A DNA stretch of 64,000 nucleotides, taken from positions 32,481 to 96,480 of the forward strand of contig JBIIJY010000003.1 in assembly GCA_044233485.1 (NCBI GenBank), in the 5' to 3' direction. This DNA is from Minisyncoccia bacterium (GTDB taxonomy: Bacteria; Patescibacteriota; Minisyncoccia; Phycocordibacterales; UBA6065). Positions within the stretch are counted from its first letter, which is position 1; each line of letters begins with the position of its first letter. The notes under the pieces were generated by a model. The model was not told the DNA's origin and did no database searches. It was given only the letters and a program-made list of their open reading frames with translations. A program made the translations under genes and the position numbers. Below, piece after piece: positions 21,297 through 29,977 of the stretch.

Positions 21297-22126
21297 TTCT
21301 CTGCCTGAATTAATTTATGACGCAATGTCGGAGCAAGCTCTGGAGAAAGTGCCACATAATTCATGTAGGTGAAGCGCTCATGTGAAGGGTCATAGGTAAA
21401 CGGCATAAGATCTTGTGAGCGTAATTTAAAAACCTCGTATCCGTACGACGAAAGCAGATCAGTAAAGTCTTTCAGAAAGACTTTTGCATACACTGACTCT
21501 TGAGCAAGTTCAAACTGTATACAGTCAATGCGTTTTTCCTCAAGAAGGCCTTTGGCTCCTCGCAAGACGAATAGGTCGTGCCCTTCTGTATCTATCTTTA
21601 GAAAATCGATATGCGTAATAGCGTGTTCAGCACAGTACGCATCAAGGGTTGTTACCGGGATAATGACAGAGGCAGTTGTCTCTGTGCGAGGATGCGTATA
21701 AAAAGAATTCAATACTGAGCGAGCTTTTATTTGGAAGGTTTTTTTCTCAACCACCTCACCTACCGCCGACTCAGTACAGATAATGTTTGTGAAGTTGTGC
21801 GTCTGCACAAGCTGTTTGAGTTTTTTAAAACTTGCCGCATCCGGTTCAAACGCATGAATCATGCAGTGAGCCGGTGCAGACATACGTGAAAGTTTTGTGA
21901 AGAGACCAGTATTTGCACCAACATCAATAATTGTCCGGGCGTTGAGAGCAAGAATTTTAAGAATACGATGTTCTCCATTCTTCCCCTGATCTGGCAATGA
22001 TTCACCATTATAGAAACCTTCATACTTACGACAAAAGCGATACAATTTTGCACTGTAGTACGGTCTATCGTAGTTGAAGAAAATTTTCTTGCCGATCCGA
22101 GTGAGATACTTAACGATGCGATTCAT
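21293..22126 (-). CDS. FkbM-family methyltransferase
   Basis: IIDVGANTGLF, FEP and LKIDTEGHDLFVL motifs. The first ATG is at 22126; the track ORF begins at GTG 22153. Confidence 0.8.
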   Translation of the reverse strand: MNRIVKYLTRIGKKIFFNYDRPYYSAKLYRFCRKYEGFYNGESLPDQGKNGEHRILKILALNARTIIDVGANTGLFTKLSRMSAPAHCMIHAFEPDAASFKKLKQLVQTHNFTNIICTESAVGEVVEKKTFQIKARSVLNSFYTHPRTETTASVIIPVTTLDAYCAEHAITHIDFLKIDTEGHDLFVLRGAKGLLEEKRIDCIQFELAQESVYAKVFLKDFTDLLSSYGYEVFKLRSQDLMPFTYDPSHERFTYMNYVALSPELAPTLRHKLIQAEK

Positions 22127-23888
22127 ATATCTTTTGATTATTAACAATAACACGATATAGACTCACTAATGCGAAAGCAAAATTACTATATTTCCGTACG
22201 AGGACTGATCGTTTTGGAATATGCACTGGCAAGAGTCTTTTTTCTGCATAATATGCGAGGGCTTGATCGAGATCTGAGTTGAGCTGTTTAGAGCTCTCAA
22301 AAAATACATGCATACCAATACCGAAACCACTCTTATTTCGATAGACAAGCTCTGTCGGTAAGTACGCACTGAGACATTTCTTCAGAAACGCCTTAAGTAC
22401 ACCACCTTCTAGTTTACAATCCTCAATAACCGAACTATTAGCAACGATGTCGCTATCAAGCAGCGGAACACGCCCCTCGATAGAGTTGTATGAAGTCGCA
22501 AAATCCGTCTTTCGCAGAAGATCATCCTCTAGATAGACTTCTGCGTCATAGTCGACCGGACGTTTAATATTCGCTAAAATCTTTTTTGCCTGCTTCCAAC
22601 CACGGAGCGTAATACGGTCACGCGCTGGCGACATAGTGATCAAATAAAAACTAATCGGCTGTCCCATCAGCTTGAATAATTTTTTGAAGTAATGATTCTT
22701 TGCTTTAAATGGTGGCAGTATGAAAAAGAGATAGTCCCACATCGAGCAATGCACATCGTGTCGTACGTTCCCGAGAGCGGCGAGCTCTTTACTCCGCTCA
22801 TATCCATAAAATAACTCGTCACCACCCTCACCAGAGAGAACGACTTTTACTTTCTCAGCCGCTTTTTTTGAAACAAAGTATGTCGGAAATATTGAATTAT
22901 CATAGCTCGGTTCGTCGAGCTTACTCATCACGGTCTCGTAGACTTCATCAAATTCTTTTTCTGCAAAACTATACACGTTGGACTTGAGAGTCAACTTTTC
23001 ACTGATCGCGTTGAAATACTTATGGTCTTCTGTCTTGTAATCTACCTTAATACTAAATGTCTCGAGATTGTACCCGCGATGATGAAGTACCGAGGCGATG
23101 AGAGATGAATCTGTACCTCCAGAGAAGAACACACCCACCGGGACATCTGCCAGAGTATGATCGACAATGCGATCCTCAATGAGTTTTTGATAGTCGAGAG
23201 CGGTGGTCACCGTAGCTGAACGCGGTGTGTATTTCTGAACTGAGAGTATCTTTTTTGAGTGCAAATCAAACTCGAGAACTGACGATCGTGGAAGTTTGTG
23301 TATTTCAGAATAAAGTGTCCGCGGCGAGACAGTGTACCCGAAAACTGAATAGACCCCCAAAGACTCCTGATCAAGAGTCAGCGGCAATCCATGAATAGCT
23401 CTCAGCGCTACTACCCCCTTCACTTCAGAGGCAAAAAGGAGTTGATCGTTCTCATAGGAGTAGATAAGTGGCTTGATTCCAGCATGATCTCGTGCCAAAA
23501 AAAGTTTAGCCTTTGTCGTGTCGTACAATGCCAAAGCAAACATTCCCCTGAGACGTGGAACGATATCAATCCCCCAGCGTAAATATCCCGCCACAATAAC
23601 TTCAGTATCAGAAGTAGTAACAAACGTGTAGTGCGACTCAAGCTCTTTTCGCAAGTCCTTGAAATTAAAAATTTCACCATTGAAAAGGAGATGTACTTTT
23701 TTCTCCGGATCACTAAATGGCTGATCTGCCCGACTAGCCGTATCGAGAATCGACAATCGATGATGTCCGAGTGTACAGTGATCATCTTGAAAAAATTTAC
23801 TCGCATCGGGACCTCGATAGGCAAAAGTCTTCGAAGCTTTTTCGAATTGAGAGAGTAGCGTACCGTTTGAGCCAATTATTCCACACAT
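22110..23888 (-). CDS. asparagine synthase (glutamine-hydrolysing)-like amidotransferase
   Basis: MCGIIG N-terminal nucleophile start at ATG 23888; the track ORF adds 16 unlikely residues. Contains the GATase-2 domain and the SGGTDSS PP-loop. Confidence 0.9.
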   Translation of the reverse strand: MCGIIGSNGTLLSQFEKASKTFAYRGPDASKFFQDDHCTLGHHRLSILDTASRADQPFSDPEKKVHLLFNGEIFNFKDLRKELESHYTFVTTSDTEVIVAGYLRWGIDIVPRLRGMFALALYDTTKAKLFLARDHAGIKPLIYSYENDQLLFASEVKGVVALRAIHGLPLTLDQESLGVYSVFGYTVSPRTLYSEIHKLPRSSVLEFDLHSKKILSVQKYTPRSATVTTALDYQKLIEDRIVDHTLADVPVGVFFSGGTDSSLIASVLHHRGYNLETFSIKVDYKTEDHKYFNAISEKLTLKSNVYSFAEKEFDEVYETVMSKLDEPSYDNSIFPTYFVSKKAAEKVKVVLSGEGGDELFYGYERSKELAALGNVRHDVHCSMWDYLFFILPPFKAKNHYFKKLFKLMGQPISFYLITMSPARDRITLRGWKQAKKILANIKRPVDYDAEVYLEDDLLRKTDFATSYNSIEGRVPLLDSDIVANSSVIEDCKLEGGVLKAFLKKCLSAYLPTELVYRNKSGFGIGMHVFFESSKQLNSDLDQALAYYAEKRLLPVHIPKRSVLVRKYSNFAFALVSLYRVIVNNQKIYESHR

Positions 23889-24976
23889 ATTTCTGTTCGT
23901 ATAAAATCTAGTATACGGCCTGCACGGGAATCCCACGAGTATTGACGAACTGCTCTTTTTGCGTTGACAGCTTTCGCCTGTGCGCCCGGATACTCTGCTA
24001 AGACGAGTTTAAGTGCACGTGCTAAATCCTCAGAATCACCCGCCTTAAAGAAAGTACACATTGATTCATCAAGCACTTCTCGAAGTGAGGGCAGATCAGA
24101 AGCGACAAGGGGCACACCACTGGCCATATACTCAAACATTTTTATCGGTGAAGTATATTTTTCAGACTCGATGGAGCCAGGGTTATTAGGCAAAAGAACA
24201 ACAGAAGCCCGCAGTAGGCGCGCAGGAATCTGAGTCTTTGGAATATGACCTTCGAAAAAGACATTATTCAATCCGAGTTCTTGTTGTTTTTTTCGATACA
24301 CCAGAAGATCATCTGCTGTACCGCCGACAAACATAAATTTCAAATGCGGGCAGAGCGCCGCTGCACTAAGGACTGTATCAACACCTTTCCATGAATAGAG
24401 ATGTCCACTATAGAGAACCGTTCCGTTTTCTACCCCTACATGCGAAGCAGCTTCAAACTCGTTTAGGTCTACACCGTTGGGTGCCACTAATACTTTCTTT
24501 CCAGGGAACATTGAAGCCGTTCCGCGAGAATTAGCAATTACACCGCTGACTTTGCATAGCAAAAACTCAAACAGTCTTACTTTTGTTGTTGGGTAATTAT
24601 GGGCATCATAGAGAGCCTTGAACCCTCGAAGCGAGAAGATGAAAATAATGAGCGGATCTCGCGAATAAATGAGAGCCTCACGTGGCACCTTCATACAAGT
24701 AAGTCGGAGGACAAACTGTAGTTTATTACACAAGAATCTGACTAGCTCACCGCAAGACTTTGGAGTCGCGTCCCACACCGCCACTTTCTTATGTACAAAA
24801 CGAGCGGCAAGCCCGTAGTACTCTTTAATATCTGCTTGAATGGGATTATTAAGCCCCATACTGACCAAGGTGACCTCGGCACCAGCATCAGCAAAAGCTT
24901 GGCACATGCGTACCACTTGAAAGCCATGGGCTTTTTCAGTCGGTATTCTTCCTGAGACAATTGAATAAATTTTCAT
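23876..24976 (-). CDS. glycosyltransferase family 1
   Basis: 366 aa with an EX7E-type region ESEKYTSPIKMFEYMASGVPLVASD. Confidence 0.85.
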   Translation of the reverse strand: MKIYSIVSGRIPTEKAHGFQVVRMCQAFADAGAEVTLVSMGLNNPIQADIKEYYGLAARFVHKKVAVWDATPKSCGELVRFLCNKLQFVLRLTCMKVPREALIYSRDPLIIFIFSLRGFKALYDAHNYPTTKVRLFEFLLCKVSGVIANSRGTASMFPGKKVLVAPNGVDLNEFEAASHVGVENGTVLYSGHLYSWKGVDTVLSAAALCPHLKFMFVGGTADDLLVYRKKQQELGLNNVFFEGHIPKTQIPARLLRASVVLLPNNPGSIESEKYTSPIKMFEYMASGVPLVASDLPSLREVLDESMCTFFKAGDSEDLARALKLVLAEYPGAQAKAVNAKRAVRQYSWDSRAGRILDFIRTEICVE

Positions 24977-25599
24977 CTTGTATGTGTATCGATATCAAGA
25001 ACGAAAAAGTGATGGTACTGATTTTCAAAAGGAACATAGTCGCGCACAAGGGTGCCGTATTTCGTGAGAATATCTCGAAGGCGGGCAGGGCTATATCCTT
25101 TCTTACCCAACTCCCAGTAATGTTGCCCATTAAAGACATGCTTGCGAGGAAATGGGAACTTAAAAGCAAGTCGCATGAGTGGTAGAAATGGTATTTTGCA
25201 CAAGAAAAGAAACGGTGGACCAAAATGCGGTACACTGATCACCACTCGCTTCCGTGCCACTCGAGCCATCTCCTGTATTGCGACTTCAAATTTTTCAAAT
25301 GGAATATGCTCAAGTACTTCGAAGGCGCAGACGACATCAAAACTAGCATCGGGTAGCTTGATAGCACACACATCACCTACGATATCTGGATGCAAATCCT
25401 CTGCATAATCAAAAGACGTATACGAGATCTTTGAATTTGTTCGTAGATAGGAGCCGATAACCGCGTCCCCTACTCCGACTTCAAGCACAGATCCAGGCTT
25501 TGACTCAAACAGTTCCTTTAACTGAAAATAGTAACTCGCAAAACGAGCTGGATTTGAATAACGGAGAAATTCATAGTGAGTATGATCTACTTGTTGCAT
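24973..25599 (-). CDS. class I SAM-dependent methyltransferase
   Basis: 208 aa. Contains VLEVGVGDAVIG (motif I) and DVVCAFEVLEHI (Methyltransf_11-like). Confidence 0.8.
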   Translation of the reverse strand: MQQVDHTHYEFLRYSNPARFASYYFQLKELFESKPGSVLEVGVGDAVIGSYLRTNSKISYTSFDYAEDLHPDIVGDVCAIKLPDASFDVVCAFEVLEHIPFEKFEVAIQEMARVARKRVVISVPHFGPPFLFLCKIPFLPLMRLAFKFPFPRKHVFNGQHYWELGKKGYSPARLRDILTKYGTLVRDYVPFENQYHHFFVLDIDTHTR

Positions 25600-25603
25600 A
25601 GAA

Positions 25604-26641
25604 TTAAAAGGTATCGACCAGTGATCGGATTAATTTTGAAAGCGAGTGTTTTGTCTCGACATATGTTCGATTGCTCGAGGCCACACGCTCATACTCAACA
25701 TCACTGAGATTACAAGCACGAGCGAGTAGAGTGGCGATATCTGACTCTTTTCCTCCAGAGCAGTACCAGTCACCAAGTATATCTTTAAATGCTTCATTCG
25801 TGCTCACCACAAGGCATCCCCGGGCACACGCCTCAAGTATTGCCTTATCCATACTCCCTGTATTACTCATATTAATAAACACCTTAGCCTGAGCAAGGAT
25901 CTCCGGAACAGTATCATGCGAACACGCGCCATGGAAAAGAATCTGGCTCTTCTGACTCTCCGTAAGCGCGTCTCGAGCCTTTTCTACTTCGAGCTTATAC
26001 TCACGATCAAGAGCGGTGATCGGACTGCCGAAAATAGTAAGCGGGTGCCCACCAAGCCTTGCCACCTTCTGTGCATACGCGCTCACAATGAGCCCAATCT
26101 GTTTTGTGGGAGAGAATCGAGAAATACTCACCACACCTCTGCGTCCTTGAGCAGAAGCAAAGGCAAACTTTCCGTCAACATCAATCCCATGACCAGTGAT
26201 AATTAGTTTTTTTGTCTCGAGTCGGAAACTTTCCTTCGAGGCGCTATAGATAGTATGAGCGAGTGCAGTGGCGATTCGTAACTTCCAATCAACATGCTTA
26301 TGGGTATACCAGAGTGTAATCTTCTTCCGCCCAAGGAAGAATAGCGGCCACCCAAGAATGACATAGATCGGATTCATGTGTACAAATACCGTGTCATATT
26401 CGTTTCGCAGTTTCCACAGATGTCGATACAGCAAGGACAGACGCCGAAACTGAGACGATCCTTTTTCCTTTTCAAGTGAGTAGACGATCGATGCTAAGTC
26501 AGAGGGCACTGTTCCTTTGAAAAGCGAGAGTATGTTCGTTTGCGTTTGGCCAGCAAACTCACGCAACCACTCGACGAAAAAACCGAGCACTTGATCTTGT
26601 ATATCGACAGCCTGAGTGATGATAAGTACTCGTTTGGTCAT
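25604..26641 (-). CDS. glycosyltransferase, GT-B fold (family 1-like)
   Basis: 345 aa. N-terminal KRVLIITQ start and a C-terminal ...GSMDKAILEACARGCLVVST... segment. Confidence 0.7.
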   Translation of the reverse strand: MTKRVLIITQAVDIQDQVLGFFVEWLREFAGQTQTNILSLFKGTVPSDLASIVYSLEKEKGSSQFRRLSLLYRHLWKLRNEYDTVFVHMNPIYVILGWPLFFLGRKKITLWYTHKHVDWKLRIATALAHTIYSASKESFRLETKKLIITGHGIDVDGKFAFASAQGRRGVVSISRFSPTKQIGLIVSAYAQKVARLGGHPLTIFGSPITALDREYKLEVEKARDALTESQKSQILFHGACSHDTVPEILAQAKVFINMSNTGSMDKAILEACARGCLVVSTNEAFKDILGDWYCSGGKESDIATLLARACNLSDVEYERVASSNRTYVETKHSLSKLIRSLVDTF

Positions 26642-26647
26642 TGATGA

Positions 26648-27682
26648 TTATGAAAGTAACTCTTGTATCTTACTCACAAATTCCTCCTCACGATAGTCTG
26701 CAATGCGCAACTTTGGATAACTCTCTGCAAGTTCACGAGCCACCCCAACGTCAGCCGCTACAATGCGACCACCACTCGCTGCCGCTTCAGCAAGTACGAG
26801 ACCGTACCCTTCATAGAGCGATGCGTGCACCAGAATAGCATGTCTCATGTATGTCCAAATATCCTCTGGCGCAAGCCTCGTCTCAAACTCCACACAACCC
26901 GGTAATTCATGATTGGCACGCTGGCGCAACTGAGGCTCGAGCGAACCTTGGCCAATAAAGATAAGTTTAAATTTCACTCCTTTTTCTTGTAGCTTGCGAG
27001 CAACTTTAAGCGTGAAGAACAGGTTTTTTTCTTTCTCGAGTCTTCCTACAGAAATAAGTACACAATCTGTGCCAAGAAAACGTTCTTGAAAATTAAAAGT
27101 ATCTTTTGTACCCCGTATCCCCTCTCTATCAAAGGCAATCGGCTCGACTCGGATTATCTCTGGTGCGAGGTGATAGTGAGCTACAAGATTTTCTTTGACA
27201 CGATTTAAGACTACCCGGACTCGGTCTACACGCTTAAACACCCACGAAGCGAGCACACAACGAATACGGTTGAGTACTGAGTGTTTCTTGAAGTACGGTG
27301 AAAATGGATCCGTATGTAGCTGTACTTCAAAGTTAATGTGCGGAAATCTCATTTTTAGGAAAGCCCCGACAATACCGCACTCAAAAGGATCTTGTGTTGA
27401 AATGGTGATTTGCTCAAAAGAAGAATTCTCGATACAGGTACGCGCCGCTCGATAGGCGTCAAGGAGATACAGGAGCTTATTGTATGACCTTGTAGGAATA
27501 AGTGTAGCCTGCGTCGAAATAGTCTGAACCTGAAAGGCATCTGAGCGCCCGGTGAAGACAATCATATCGAAACGCCCGTACTGACGTGCGTAACCCTCGT
27601 GTCGAACACGAACTGGGCTTGCCTGTTCAAAAAGCTTTCTATCAGTACCGATAATTATTCGATGTTCATTCATGGCGAGCAT
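26648..27682 (-). CDS. glycosyltransferase family 1
   Basis: 344 aa with the EX7E motif region ASLYEGYGLVLAEAAASGGRIVAADVG. Confidence 0.8.
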   Translation of the reverse strand: MLAMNEHRIIIGTDRKLFEQASPVRVRHEGYARQYGRFDMIVFTGRSDAFQVQTISTQATLIPTRSYNKLLYLLDAYRAARTCIENSSFEQITISTQDPFECGIVGAFLKMRFPHINFEVQLHTDPFSPYFKKHSVLNRIRCVLASWVFKRVDRVRVVLNRVKENLVAHYHLAPEIIRVEPIAFDREGIRGTKDTFNFQERFLGTDCVLISVGRLEKEKNLFFTLKVARKLQEKGVKFKLIFIGQGSLEPQLRQRANHELPGCVEFETRLAPEDIWTYMRHAILVHASLYEGYGLVLAEAAASGGRIVAADVGVARELAESYPKLRIADYREEEFVSKIQELLS

Positions 27683-28805
27683 TTAGGCGAGAATAGAGGC
27701 GCACATGATCACGCGCACACTCCTCCCAGGTGTAATGAAAAGAGATACTCTTGCATGCGGCCACACACTCTTCATACGGAAGTGCGTCTTCTAGGTGAAC
27801 GATTTTTTCAGTGAGTGAGTGTGCTTGGTGTGGATCGATTGTCAGAATATCAGGAATTTCGTACGGTAGAAAATTTTCTTTTGTTATCAAAAATGGAATT
27901 CCGAGAGCAATACACTCATTGATTTGATTAGGAGAAACGTCAGTCCAGCTCGGTACTACCACATAGCGAGCATGAATGACTCGCTTAAGGATGAGTTCTC
28001 GTCGCTGTGAAGGAAACACTTTTACACGATCACCTATTTCATACTCTTCAATCAGTCGGAGGATCTCTTGTTTCCGAGGGCCGTCGCCAATCAAAACAAG
28101 GTCAGCAGTTGTACCAGATGCTGCATACGCCTGCAAGAGCGTCTCAATATTTTTCATCACAATGAATCGACCCCAAAACACAATCTCCTGCTTTCCTTCC
28201 TGGGGTGCCCAGATGAGTTTCTCTGGATTATCGTACCCAGGATTTACAATCACTTCTCGTATTTGCCCCTTCTGTCCGGGATATACCGTTGCATAGAGAT
28301 CTTTTTGTTGTCTCGAGTTGAAAACAACCCCTCGCGCCCCAGCTATCACCCAAGACGTACAAGCCCCGAGAAACGGAAACATCTTGTTTTTCTTTTGAGA
28401 GTAAAATTCATTAAGCGTGCAAGGTGTGTATCCTGCATCGAGGTACCGCTCCCAGGTATATGACCCACCGATACGGACAACATACGGGATCCGACGCATC
28501 ATCGAAACTACTCGTACTGGAATTCCCGCACTCAACACATCAAAACTATAAAGACACTCTGCATTTTTTGCTACCTGGAATAATTTCCACAAGTAATGGA
28601 GATGATTCAATACACGAAACCGTCGGACGACGCGCACTACCGTAAATGGATACTCAACATCAAACTCATACGCACTTTTGTGTGAATAGGTCAGCACGGT
28701 GACAGTATGACCTTGCTTGGTTAGCGAGTGTGCGAGTTCTTTCGTATAGGTCGCCGGACCACCCGCCTCTGGCTCGAATATTCCTGTTGCGAGGACTATG
28801 TTCAT
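27666..28805 (-). CDS. glycosyltransferase family 1-like
   Basis: 379 aa. MNIVLATGIFEPEAGGPATY N-terminus and a C-terminal ...PSWTDVSPNQINECIALGIPFLITKEN segment. Confidence 0.75.
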   Translation of the reverse strand: MNIVLATGIFEPEAGGPATYTKELAHSLTKQGHTVTVLTYSHKSAYEFDVEYPFTVVRVVRRFRVLNHLHYLWKLFQVAKNAECLYSFDVLSAGIPVRVVSMMRRIPYVVRIGGSYTWERYLDAGYTPCTLNEFYSQKKNKMFPFLGACTSWVIAGARGVVFNSRQQKDLYATVYPGQKGQIREVIVNPGYDNPEKLIWAPQEGKQEIVFWGRFIVMKNIETLLQAYAASGTTADLVLIGDGPRKQEILRLIEEYEIGDRVKVFPSQRRELILKRVIHARYVVVPSWTDVSPNQINECIALGIPFLITKENFLPYEIPDILTIDPHQAHSLTEKIVHLEDALPYEECVAACKSISFHYTWEECARDHVRLYSRLNARHE

Positions 28806-28809
28806 ACTT

Positions 28810-29976
28810 CTATCCTAGCAAAATATCTCTCATTTGAAGAGCGATCTGCTCCCAATCGAAACAAGACCGGATGAGGCTCACCGCCCGCGCTCGTAGTGAG
28901 GCGTCTGCCTTAAGAGCACGATTAATACCAGCCGCAATGGATTGACTATCTCCCACCTGCACTAGAAATCCTGTTTCATTATCTCTAAGGAAGTCTGGAA
29001 TCCCACCGACGGGTGTACCGACCACAGGAATTCCACATGCCATCGCCTCCAGAAACGAATTCCCCAAGCCTTCAGAGCGTGAGGCGCGCACAAAACAGTC
29101 CGCCGCTCGAATATGCAGTGGCAATTCTCGAAACGGAACATGTCCTGCAAAATAAATCCGTGAGCTCAATTTATATAACTCAGCAATCCCCACTAACGCT
29201 TCATGATCCGGACCACTTCCACACATTAAAAAGACCACATCATCTGGCAAGTCCTTAAACGCCATAATCATCTCTTTGCACCCATTTTTTTCAACCAACC
29301 GCCCTGTAGTGACCACAATCCGAGCAGTCGTCGGGATACGATAACGCGCGCAGATCTGCTCTTTCGCATCACTTGCTGTAATCGACTCATTAAATAGTGT
29401 GAGATCGACGCCGTTTGGGATGACTACTACCTTTTGCGCACCCATCTCTGTTGCAAACTGCGCGAGAGAATGTGAAATGACCTGTACACTCTTTGCACGA
29501 GCGAAGAGCATCTTGAATGCAAACCACAGTGGTTTCATCCGAGAACGAATATGTGCATGAGTATCTCCTTCTTGGAGCGTAAGTATATAGGGAATTTTCG
29601 TAACCAAGTGGAGTTTGAGAGCAGCGAGTGAATTATATGAGGCCATCATCGCCCATAAAAGATCGTAGGTATTAGTACGACAGAGTCTGTATCCTTTCCA
29701 AAAACCGAGCACAGGAAAGAGAAGTTTTGTCAGTTCAAGATGCCATGGAAGAATATTATTTTCTCCGACAGTGGCACCCCACCCGATCCGATACACATTG
29801 ACCGCACCGACTCGCTCAAAGCGTGGAGATCGCGAATCAAGTCGGAGAGTGATCATATCAAAATCCACCTCAGGCATTCGCTTAGTCAATTCATCGAGTG
29901 CCACTTCTGCACCACCTACAAAGCGCGGGAGATAGACAGTCGAAAATATCAAAATGCGTTTTCGTGAAGCATTCAT
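28810..29976 (-). CDS. glycosyltransferase family 1
   Basis: 388 aa. Contains RSEGLGNSFLEAMACGIPVVGTPVGGIPDFL (EX7E). Confidence 0.88.
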   Translation of the reverse strand: MNASRKRILIFSTVYLPRFVGGAEVALDELTKRMPEVDFDMITLRLDSRSPRFERVGAVNVYRIGWGATVGENNILPWHLELTKLLFPVLGFWKGYRLCRTNTYDLLWAMMASYNSLAALKLHLVTKIPYILTLQEGDTHAHIRSRMKPLWFAFKMLFARAKSVQVISHSLAQFATEMGAQKVVVIPNGVDLTLFNESITASDAKEQICARYRIPTTARIVVTTGRLVEKNGCKEMIMAFKDLPDDVVFLMCGSGPDHEALVGIAELYKLSSRIYFAGHVPFRELPLHIRAADCFVRASRSEGLGNSFLEAMACGIPVVGTPVGGIPDFLRDNETGFLVQVGDSQSIAAGINRALKADASLRARAVSLIRSCFDWEQIALQMRDILLG

Positions 29977-29977
29977 A

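Noticed and set aside
23889-23936. N-terminal extensions in track ORFs: AsnB-like 23889-23936, TatD 48808-48903, SGNH 14200-14319, regulator 41883-41909, FtsK 42012-42104, tmk 63054-63095, flippase 10199-10234.
   Set aside because: The extensions start at TTG or GTG, overlap the preceding gene, or precede obligatory N-terminal motifs (MCGIIG nucleophile, MKYIDSHCH). The first ATG gives the expected protein architecture.
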